Shown here one piece after another: positions 53,794-64,000 of a stretch of 64,000 nt of DNA. Positions within the stretch are counted from its first letter, which is position 1. Every line of letters starts with the position of its first letter. The notes under the pieces were generated by a model. It made no database searches. It was given only the letters and a program-made list of their open reading frames with translations, and had not been told where the DNA came from. Location of the stretch: contig NW_019217846.1 in the NCBI RefSeq assembly GCF_002571385.2, forward strand, positions 606,405 to 670,404, in the 5' to 3' direction. The position numbers were made by a program, and so were the translations under genes. Origin of the DNA: Stylophora pistillata. Its lineage: Eukaryota.

Positions 53794-55699
53794 AATCAGG
53801 AGGTGGAGATTACGACTTTTTTCTATGTATATTTTTACATCTTTTGAGATGTCATGCTCGTTCAATAATCACCTCTGCAAGCGTATGTGTTTGTGATTGG
53901 GTGGGGGATGTTAGTCGGGTGGGTCATGGTTTCTTTGCAAATTCCTCCTCTTTTATCTCAGCCATTTGACCGTGTGGTCCTACTAACCAAAATGAAAGCT
54001 AGGCTGGTATAGTTATAGACAAAATGGTTCCATTTTCATCCCTATCAAAGTCTTGAGGCTTTTAAGAGGCGAGAGGAGGAATTCACGGGACCCTCGCGCG
54101 TGCCTTCGCTTGCCCGAAACACGCAAAGATCCAAAAGACAAGACCAAGCTTGTTGCCTCGTTTTGAGATAGAGGCTGTAAAGAGAGTGGCGCCAAATATT
54201 ACCCAGAGCTCAAATAGAGCTATCGACTCATTGTCGCCGTAGTTTTTGAATATTTTGTTATTTACATTTCTATCCCATTTAAACGAGGGGTGCAATGGTG
54301 ATGACAACAAACCTTGTACTACCATCATAAGTTCACAAGGAATATGGTAGGTTTGTTTATGTTGTTCGTACCAAATTCAAGTGACCGTTTCTTGAAGTGA
54401 AATGCGGTAAATCTTTCGCGCAATGTCAAACTCTATCGTTTCTTCTGAGGAAATCGAGGATAAGGAAATTAACTTAGTATTTTCGGTTTTAAAGGCTAAT
54501 TTGATTAAGCGATCTTTCGTGCCCTACGGATCGATTTTTCGATTTTTCATTCTTGACTGAGATATTTAAATGAAAATACGCGAAATTATATTCAGTTCTA
54601 CCGTGAGTTTAGCCTCAGAGTTGATATTGAAGCAAGCCTTGTAAAATATCGCTTTAGGTCATAGCTGAAGCTCAGAAACTTGATTGCGCTCTGAGATGTT
54701 AAGTTCTACTGTACCGTAAACCTGCTATTCCCAAAAGGTAGCCATTGGTAAACCGTAATATACGTTGATCAGGGAAAACATTGGTCTAAGTGACTACTGC
54801 ACAAATTATTATTGTGTTGAACGTTAGGTCAGTCCTTTCATTGTTTGTATTTGGTAGGATTTGCTTCATGCGAATCTATGCCTGGGCTTGTTACAATCAA
54901 ATAACACTGAGATCGCTGAGATGCATAGTTTCCCTTTCTTTGGATTGGATTTCATTCTGAACCCAGCTGCACTTGGCAAAATGCACGAAGTATCAAATTA
55001 CAGCCATGAAAAATTTTGATCCTTTGCCAAAGAGAGCTAAGCTTACTTTTTGAGCATAAAGAAAATGGCAGCTGATGTTTTTAATTCCCTTGGTACATGA
55101 GATGTTAAAGAACTCAAGATTTAAAATTTTTTACTATTAAGAGTTCAGATAAGTGATTTTGCTGTGCAATTATGTATGTTTCTGTTGTTACTTGAGCTTT
55201 TAAGTTTTTCAGTGTGTTAATGTTTACTATTTATAGTGAATAAAATATGCTTTTCAGGTTTAAAAGGGCCAATACTAATATTGCTGCTTGATTGATTTTA
55301 AATTTGACTGACAATGGAGGAGATTAAAAGGAATTATTCTAGACAATCTCTTAGTATCTTGTGAATGCATAATGATAATTATAATTTTTTGGAGTGATTC
55401 AGCTCATCCAATAAATTTGTGGATATTGGCCTACTATTTTTTTTTACTGGTCAAATCACATGATTTGTAAATTAGAAAGAATTTTAGCACTGCTGTGTGT
55501 TAATCGTACATGTTCCATTTCAGAATATTTAAATTGAATTTCCAGGAGATTTTTGATATCATGTAGACAGTCAGATATTTGTTTATCTTCATTTAAGATA
55601 TGGGAGCATTGTTCTGGTCCCAATATCTAGAGCACTTTTGTTAATTACTTCTGTTATTCGAAGTAAACACTAGTGACTGGCCAGTTTGCCATTGATTTA

Positions 55700-56372
55700 C
55701 AAAGAGTGAGGGTGAGCAAGTCTTTCTTACTTGGCATAAAAATGTAAGATGAGTCCAAAAATTAAAAAAAAGACATTCAAAATTGTAAAATCTATTCTTC
55801 TACTCATTGCTCAAAGGATAGCCTAGAGGCTCTGTTGAATGTTACAAAATTCACTCTATCATAGGGTATTAATTCTTACCCTAACACTTCTTAAGGCAAC
55901 GTAAAGAAACTCCAACTAGTACAGAATTTTGCTGTGTGTATCGTGTTAGGTCCTAGGAAATATGACTGCATCTCAGAAGGCATAAGATCCCTTAACTGGC
56001 TTACTGTTAAGGATAGACTCCTTAACGATGCTGTATTGGAATTTCCATGTCTTAATGATTTAGTTCAAAATATCTGGCCAATATATTTGTAACTAGTTCT
56101 CGTATTCACACTAGGACTACACAATCAGACAATCTTTTGCACATCTCTCGTTGTTGTCTGTTGTGGATGCAGACTTTGGAACTGTATTTCTAATGACTTG
56201 AAAGCTGTGGACAGTGTAAATAGCTTCAGGCGTCGTTTAGTGCAGAAGCTATTGAGTGGAGAGCATTTAAATTTGTATTGAGTGAACTTAATTTTTAAAG
56301 TAATTTTTCAGTACATTGTAACTGAAAAGCCCAAGTTGGGAGTTACAATAAACGTATGTAGGTATGTATGTA
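55700..56372 (+). mobile_element. Degenerate CR1/L2 LINE 3' fragment
   Basis: Decayed ORF2 fragment KLQLVQNFAVCIVLGPRKYDCISEGIRSLNWLTVKDR; ends in aataaa plus a (gtat)n tail. Confidence 0.7.
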
Positions 56373-56765
56373 GCCTCATATCTGCACGTATATTCTCTAT
56401 ATTGTTCTCCATGCATTTTCTATGGAACTGATTGAGAATTTGTTTAACAATCAAGGCCTGCCTTAGTTTTGTGTTGAACAACTGATGAAGTGAACCTTTG
56501 AACAATTGCAAAAAAAAAAAACAAATCAAACTAGGGAAAATTCATGTGTTCCTGAAATTCATTCCAAAGTGTAGGAAGGAATTGCTGTTTTTTCAAAATA
56601 CGATTAAGGAATTCTATATGACTTGTGAGTCTGAGGAGCTTTGAATGTAGTGCTTTTAACAATAATGAATAAGTTGTTTGTTTGTTTTATAATCACTTGC
56701 ACTAAATTTTGTTCTGTTTCATTTGTCTTTCTGTAAAAGTTTCAGCTCTTCACTACAACAAAGTA

Positions 56766-59700
56766 ATGGATAGTACTGAGTACTCTCAAGCAGACAAGTC
56801 TTTAGAACCATTCCTTTTGGAAGACAGTGGTCAAGACAATGAACCAGGGCTTCCATATAACCAAAGAACTAGTACTCCTACTGAAAATGTGTCCCTTCGT
56901 GAAAATGAAGGTTTAGTAATTACAAATGGACAGGTATCAAATCAAGAGGTTGTGCTGTCTCCTCTTTTAAATTCTGGGTGCAAATCTAGCACTCAGTCTC
57001 AGGATCAAGAAAGTTTTTCACAAGAACAAAGCTTTCATACCCCCAGGGAAAATTCAACTGAGGAGAATTCTAGAGACGAGTCCCAGTCACTTTATACCTC
57101 AGCATCATCCAATGTAAATGTTACAGTGACTGCAGACAGTTTTGGTGCAGAGAAAGGGAATATTCTGGACCTATCTAAGCAAGAAACTCTACATCAAGTG
57201 ACCTTTAGTCCTGAAAATGTTAGTGAGACTTCTGCTCAAGACACTTCCTGGGCTACTGCCCATGGCTCATTTCAAGATGATTCTGATGTAAAGGATGTGA
57301 CCATGAAACAAGAGCCAAGTTATTTGTCAGAAGAATCCTTTGATGAATCTCTGAATCCCTTTTTTCGGGAGAGTAACGTTGTCATCAGAGCTGATGATTT
57401 CACACAAGATTTGAATAATTCAACATACAAAGAAATTACTTTTGCTTTTATGAATGACCAAAATTTACAACATGAAAAAAATAGTGGCAAAGAAATTGCT
57501 GAAGGAACAAATCTTGCAGCGGATATGGACTCTCCTAATTTAGACCTTTTGAATGAGATCTGTGAGGAGGCCACCAATATGACAATTAAAGAGGCCTTGA
57601 TTTTTTCTCTAAATCCAGGAGTACGAGCTGGATTAAGTGAGGGTAGATTGTCACTAAATGAGAGTGAAATATTAGCCCTGGAACAGTACTGTGAAACATT
57701 CATTGATGATTTGATTTCAGAACTTTTGGATGGGCAGTGGTCAGAGAGGATCAACAGTGAAGCTCATAAGCAGGTGCTTCTTGATAGCAAGGTCTCAGTG
57801 GCTAAAAAACTCAGTAATCTTGATTTAGAAACACTGAAATTGAACTGTGATAGATTTGTTCGTATTGTCATCACAGAGTCATTACATGATGCTAGTTTTG
57901 CGATCCACACAAGGGACACTAAACCAACAGAATGTAATGGGGAAGAAAGAATGAATTCTCTTGATCAAGACAGCATCCAAGATCTTCTTCCAATTTTCAA
58001 ACAATCTACAGCCATCCAGGATTATATTGGATTTCTCTCAGCAGACATTGTTAAGTCAGCATTGGCAAAGTTGTCTACTTCTGAATCCATAGCAACCAAC
58101 AATGATGAGAAAAATGGTCAGCTGATAGTGAGTAACAATAGCACATCACATATCAAAACAAGCACACAGGTAGCAGATTATACTTCTAAATGTGAAGAAG
58201 CATTACCTGAAAGTGATGGAAAAACAAAGAATGACATGAGGAAATCTCAGAGGAAATATATAAACAGTGAAGATCAAGACAATGAAACAAGAACTGATGT
58301 TGCATCAATAGGCGTTGATGATGATTATGAAATACACTATGAGAGAGAAACAGATGAGCTTTCAGATGATGAACAGATTTTTTCTAGCAGTGTAGCTGGT
58401 GCTTTAGAGACATCTCTGGAGTTTGATCCAGATGGTGGTATGTGGGATGAAGGGGAAATATTTACAAACTTGAATTCATTGGATGCAGGTGTGTTCAATT
58501 TTCATTGAGTAAAAATAATTTTTTAAACAAGTTCATACAGCCTAATAATTTCTACATGAGATGTCTATGAGGCAGACCATGCAGAATTGCTAAACAGACC
58601 AATGGGATTTCAATGATCATTATATGTCAGAGCCCGGAGATGTATGAGGCAGTTTATTTTAAAAATAATTTTACCAAACTGAATCTTTTTATTTTAGTTT
58701 AAGTACCTTAAAGGAAAAAGCAATTGCTGCTTATTTGAAAGGCTGTTCAAAATAGATAAGAATGGCCTCTATATTTTTTAAAAAATATTATTTCCTTCTC
58801 AAGATATATGAGTTTCTGTATTCTTCAAAGAGAAGTTGAGGTACTGTAGTTGGTTTTTGATGAGAGCATTGCAGTGGTTACTTATCATAACATGAACCTT
58901 TTTTCGTCTTTTTTGAAAGTCACTTCTTGAGAAAAGTTTGAAAACATATATCAATTTCATTTTCAGAGAGAAAACAGAAAATAGTACTACGAGAACTATC
59001 ATTTGATGAGCATGTCGATGTTGCTGGAACAGAAGTACTGGCACCTGTCTTCCTTGCAATTGCAGAGGAGAACGATGATGACAGTGAATTTCAAGGAATG
59101 AGAAAGAAAGCACAGTCCATTGAGAACCTGTGCACTGTCATCAATGAGAATGGTAGATTAATTGTTCTTTATTCATTAAGTACTCTGACAAACAAATAGT
59201 TGTATATTCTTTTTTGACTCAATAATGTGGTAGTTTTTCAAATGTTAATCATCAGTAGTAATTATGAAATTCTTTGAATAAATATCTGTTATTATAATCA
59301 CTTTGGCAGGCATTGTGATGTGTATGGGCTAAAATAGAGATTTTAGAATTTAGCCTTCTTGCATGCTTGAGTGATTGTTCAGACTGTTTGTTGTCATTTT
59401 ATTTTTCAGGTTTTATTTTCTCAATTCCCTAAAAGTCCTAATATAAAATAATAATAGAGTTTATGCTCTTGGGCATAAATATGTTTTGGGTCCTTCTCAT
59501 AGTTATTTTAGCCCTTGCCTAGTGGCTTAGGCTAAAGTGACTCTGGCTAAAGAAAACTCTGAGTCAGGCCCAAAACATATGCCAGTGAACATACAGTAGG
59601 ACCTTTTGTTTTATTATTTTTCATTTATTGCACTTTTGATAAACTACAGCCAAGACTGAATTGTCACTTAAAACTTTCACTTTTCATTAGGAAGCATGTA

Positions 59701-62700
59701 CTGAAATACACAGCTAGTTATTAGAAGCTCTGATTCATTAATTTTAATTATTAATTATAGAATAAATATTTTTCAGACAATCGAAGGCAAAGAAGTTACT
59801 CAGCTCCAAAGAAAATCGCTTCACTTTTCCAAACTGATGTCAGAACAGAACAGGACAACAGTGATAATGCAGAAGACAGTGAAAGAGAAGTCCATGAACA
59901 GGAGTATGAAGGAGATGAAAGTGAGACTGAAGATGTGGACGAACAAGATGATGACAAGACAAGGGTAGAAGAAACCGCTCCATTAAAAGTTCAGCTAGAA
60001 GCTGAATCATCAGGTGATGACAGGTTCCGTTGGCATACTGTGAGTGTACATGGCAGGGACAAGGTACTTGATTTGAGGCTTCTGGAGCCGTACATGAAAG
60101 TCATCTCTCATGGAGGTATATTTTTATTTTATAGATGACTGTTATGATTAATGTTATGGTTTAGATCTTTGTTAAGATGTGCTCTTGGCTGAAAAGTGTG
60201 GTCAAATTGCTTGGGAGTTGGCCAAATGAATATGAATTATGGTATTTTGATCTGACAAGCTCAGTCAATAAAGGATTTACCACCTGGGAAAACAATTTGA
60301 GGTGCAGTTTTGAGCCAGTGCAGTTTTAAGCCAGTGCAGTTTTGAGCCAGTGCAGTTTTGAGCCAGTGCAGTTTTGAGCCAGTGCAGTTTTGAGCCAGTG
60401 CAGTTTTGAGCCAGTGCAGTTTTGAGCCCCATTTGAGATGTGGAATAAAAGTATGATTAAACTTGTCAATAATATGACAATATTGTGTTTGTGGCTTGGT
60501 TTGTAAGTGGATATGCCGAATGTCTACTGTATTTCTTCACCTATAAGCCAATCTCAGCTATAAGCCGAGACCCTGAAAGTCAGGGTCTTTCCACTAGACT
60601 CAAGCTGCCCAAAAGAAAAAAGTAAAACCACCGGCTATAAGCAGAGAGCAAAATTATTGATTGTAACTGGCCATTTGTGTAAGCGAACCTTATGGAAAAC
60701 ATAAGAAATTGACTCACTAAACACAAAACCTAATGAATTACAATAATTAACACAAAAGAAAAAAAGCAAACCAATGAAGAGATATGAATATCAATTGATC
60801 CAACGACGTGTATGAATACTACCATGCGACAACAGATCAACCACAACAACAATCTCAGTTAAACGTTTCAAAGTATCAGTCGATCGAGTATCCCTTTCGT
60901 TGCTGTTACGTTTTATCATCATGCCTAAAGCACACCGTTCCTCGTATAGTATGGCTTTCAAGATAAAAGTTGTCATGGAAGCTGAAGCGGTAGAAAACAA
61001 CTCAAAAATCACTCAAGAATATGGACTAAGCAAGTCCATGGTATGATGCTAGAGAAGAGACCAGGCGACAATTTCTGGTGAGCTGAAGATGTCTGCAAAA
61101 TGTGCGACAATGGGCTGTTTCATTCCGAAATATCCCGAACTAGACCAGCAAGTGATGGAGTGGTTTTCACAGCAAAGAGAACAAGGTTGTTATTTACTTT
61201 TTTTTATCTGAACACAATGTGGCACAACCAGAGATTTGGTCGTGCCTCATCCTCTTCGTGTTTCCTTCCATAAGAAAGGGTGGATGGATGAACAGGGCAT
61301 CCGGGAATGGATTCAACAGAGTTTGCCCTGTGCTGAGCGTTCCCTTTTGGTGTGGGACTCATTCCGAGCTCACTTGACTGATTCTGTGAAAGATGACCTG
61401 AAGCAGCGAAACATTGATGTCGCAGTTATCCCTGGAGGCCTAACCTGGTTGTACAGCCCTTGGATAAGTGCCTAAACAAGCCATTTAAAGATAATGTGCG
61501 CCGAAAGTACTTGGCGTGGATGACATCTGGGCCATTTGAGTTTACCCCAGCTGGGAAGAAGAAGGCGCCAAGCAGAAATCTTGTCCTCAGGTGGATCAAG
61601 GAAGCATGGGCAGAGATACCCGAAGAGATGGTTGTCAAATCCTTCAAGACCTGCGCTATTTCCAATACCTTGGACAGAACAGAGGACGACATGGTCTACT
61701 CTGAGGAAACCCCAGAAGTAGATGATGAAGACATGGAAGAGAACGAGTTCGAGACAGACAGCGAAAATGAAACAGATGGCGAGTAAACCATTGGGTTGAA
61801 AGCCCTTGGACAGATCCATCAAACGGCTCCTTTAGGAGCCACCAATTTCATAAAAGTGAATAACCAATATTCAGAAGTTATTTTTGTTGTGTTTTATTAC
61901 TTCTGCTTCATTGCTAACTTGACTACAAGCCAGGGGGTAAATTTATTCAGCAACTGTATATTTTTAAAATCTAAAACCCTCGGCTACAAGCCGAACCCCA
62001 TTCTTCGTGAAAAATCTCCCAAAATTTTGGGTCGAAAACTGAAAAAATCATTCAGCTTATAGGCGAAGAAATACAGTTGTTAAGTTTCTAGACCAGGTGC
62101 TGTTTGTTAAAGGCAAAATATGCTCATTGTGCAAGGTATCATTACTACAATGTATTGGTTACTGATCAAGTGTGGTGATCTTGCATGCCAGAGATGACTA
62201 GGATAGGACCATATAATTGTTATCTTTCTGATTCCTGATTTTATTTTGCCTTTTTTGGTTGGTTTGTACTAAAATCAGACTGATTGAATTTATATTCTAG
62301 GCTTAAAAATTCTTGATTTGGGAACTTGACACTTATTGAAATGACTGTAATTGCACAGTGACTCAGTGCACTTGATGTTTTAGCTTTACTGTCCTGCTAC
62401 TCTTGGGCCTTTCAGTTACTTCTTTTGTATCAGAAATTTAGTACATACTTTATTCCCAATCTGACTTACTTTTTTCTATTAGTAAAAAATTAAACATTTT
62501 TTTTATCTGGAATTTCAGGTTATTTTAGTGATACTAAGTCAACCATTGTTGTGATTGCTGCCTGTTATCTACCTGAGAAGACTATAAAGAACTATGATTT
62601 TCTAATGGAGCAACTTTTCTTGTAAGTTCTTTGTCAAAATGTATCAACTAGAGACAATGTTAACAGTCCCTCTTTCTTTGCTGTTCCTCTTCCTTTGAGT

Positions 62701-63589
62701 TATAATACTGATTTATAAGTAATTCTTTGCCTGGCATTATCTATTTTCCTGTACTGGTAATCCTTTTTTTCACTTCTGTAATATTTGCACATTCCTCTAT
62801 CACCCACCATGAATAACATTTTCTTGTTTTGTTTTAATTTCTCTTTTTCTCGTTTATTACTGTTATTTAGTTATGTTATAAGCACTTTGGAACTTCTGGC
62901 AATCCATGAGGATTACTACTTGGTGTACTTCAATGGTGGAACAAGACAGCAAAACATGCCATCTGTAACATGGATGAAAAGATTCTACCAATATATTGAA
63001 GGAGGGTAGGAAACTGGAGTTTTTTTCTGGTTATTAGAGGACAAAAATGGAGGTGCAAGAGATATTATCACTTCCTCTCTGTACTTTCCAGAAGATGAGA
63101 GATGGCTTGACCCTGATAAACATTTCACAAAATAAAACCATGTCTGTTTCATTGATACAAATATGACTTTGTTTACTTGAAATTGTGATCTTAAGTTCCT
63201 TTACTTCTTTTTAGGCTAAAGAAAATGAAAGAAATGTTCATTGTGCATCCCAATTTTCGACTCAAAGCAGTTATTACACTTGCCAAACCACTGATTAGGT
63301 GAGATGTGACTGAATTGATGTATACTGGTAATGTTAGAGAAGTTCATTTTACTGTAGAGTAGCAGACTGCAAATGTGTGGCATTAAAAGTTTAAATCATA
63401 TGTAGAACAGGTTACTTACTGCTTCTGCAAATTAGAATAATGACTGTGACTTACTTTTTTGTTAACATTTTTTTTGCACCTTTTTTCCAGTTCTAATTTT
63501 TGGAGAAAACTCAGTTTCATAAACACACTTAGTACTCTTTCAAGCCTTGTTCCAGTAGACTACATTTACATCCCTGATGAAGTGATGAG
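56766..63589 (+). CDS. BNIP2/PRUNE2/caytaxin-family BCH (CRAL-TRIO_2) domain protein with a long acidic N-terminus; 3' end not reached in the window, extra 5' exons possible
   Basis: Exons 56746(ATG 56766)-58488, 58967-59152, 59777-60115, 62519-62621, 62871-63005, 63215-63298, 63491-63589. BCH motifs: DLRLLEPYMKVISHGGY, IVVIAACYLP..NYDFLMEQLFLYVISTLELL..EDYYLVYFNG, MPSVTWMKRFY, FIVHP..KPLISSNF..KL, IYIPDEV. Confidence 0.9.
60302..60428. repeat. 16-bp minisatellite (gtgcagttttgagcca) x ~8
   Basis: Seen directly; copies are nearly identical. Confidence 0.95.
60527..62076 (+). mobile_element. Defective pogo-superfamily (POGK-like) DNA transposon in an intron of the BCH gene
   Basis: TIRs CTGTATTTCTTCACCTATAAGC / GCTTATAGGCGAAGAAATACAG with a left TA. 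Brinker-like HTH MPKAHRSSYSMAFKIKVV (with stops). DDE_1 fragments KGWMD..LLVWDSFRAHLT..IPGGLT / QPLDKCLNKPFK are split by a frameshift; an acidic tail and an internal deletion are also evident. Confidence 0.88.
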
Positions 63590-64000
63590 GTAGGTGGCTG
63601 CTTGTAATGTCAAGTTCAGAGCAAGATTGTTATAATGAAAAAATGAATTACAAGTGAAAATAAGCAATCCTCAGTGCAACATCTTGTAACCAACAGTCAA
63701 GCCAGTTATAGACCGAGGGAGCTGTGGCCTTGGACAAACCTAAGTATGTAGATTAGTTCTACCAATTTTTGCGTGCATTTGATAGCTAAGTGATAGTACA
63801 GGGTAGTGCCCCTTGCATTTACCGTCCAGATTTAATGCTACTGTGGTCTGAAAATCTCCATTGCAATTATTCTGTGAAATAGGTACAATGAAATAAAAAA
63901 GTACACTGAGTGAAATTGCCTTTTGAGTCAATCATTAATACAGGACTTTTTGTTGTCATTACTATTAATATTAAAGCTTAAAAAGACCCATAGGCATCTC

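Noticed and set aside
53577-53969. ORFs with IRSDP/DRIGS repeats (also poly-Ile at 49416-49770 and RE repeats at 34332-34667)
   Set aside because: These are translations of simple or TIR repeats, not genes.
60302-60428. CRISPR-like array (also 40114-40206 and the CGGAT repeats)
   Set aside because: Head-to-tail tandem repeats without unique spacers, in eukaryotic DNA with no cas genes.

Overview
AT-rich, intron-rich animal genomic DNA. The repeat families and gene content suggest a stony coral or other anthozoan (inference). There are two assembly gaps (23071-23380, 32241-33164). Seven protein-coding genes can be reconstructed by hand from splice sites: (1) the 5' part of MNS1 (minus); (2) head-to-head with it, a two-RRM RBPMS/couch-potato/mec-8 RNA-binding gene that includes a 12-nt microexon; (3, 4) two tandem MFSD6-like MFS transporters, the first with an in-frame TAG where its paralog has Tyr; (5) a ~24-exon single-domain GH31 alpha-glucosidase (trefoil domain, WIDMNE motif) with a CtMGAM-type insertion, a GC-AG intron and a C-terminal hydrophobic anchor; (6) a 7-exon APH/choline-kinase-like phosphotransferase; (7) a BNIP2/PRUNE2/caytaxin-like BCH-domain gene that runs off the right end. 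Introns and intergenic DNA hold a Harbinger remnant, a pogo/POGK-like remnant, a Mutator-like foldback element with a 9-bp TSD, nested MITEs, a tRNA-derived SINE, CR1/L2 ends and Penelope-type repeats with hammerhead-like cores. The most intriguing hypothesis (inference only) is that the adjacent transporter, transporter, glucosidase and small-molecule kinase form an alpha-glucoside scavenging gene cluster.
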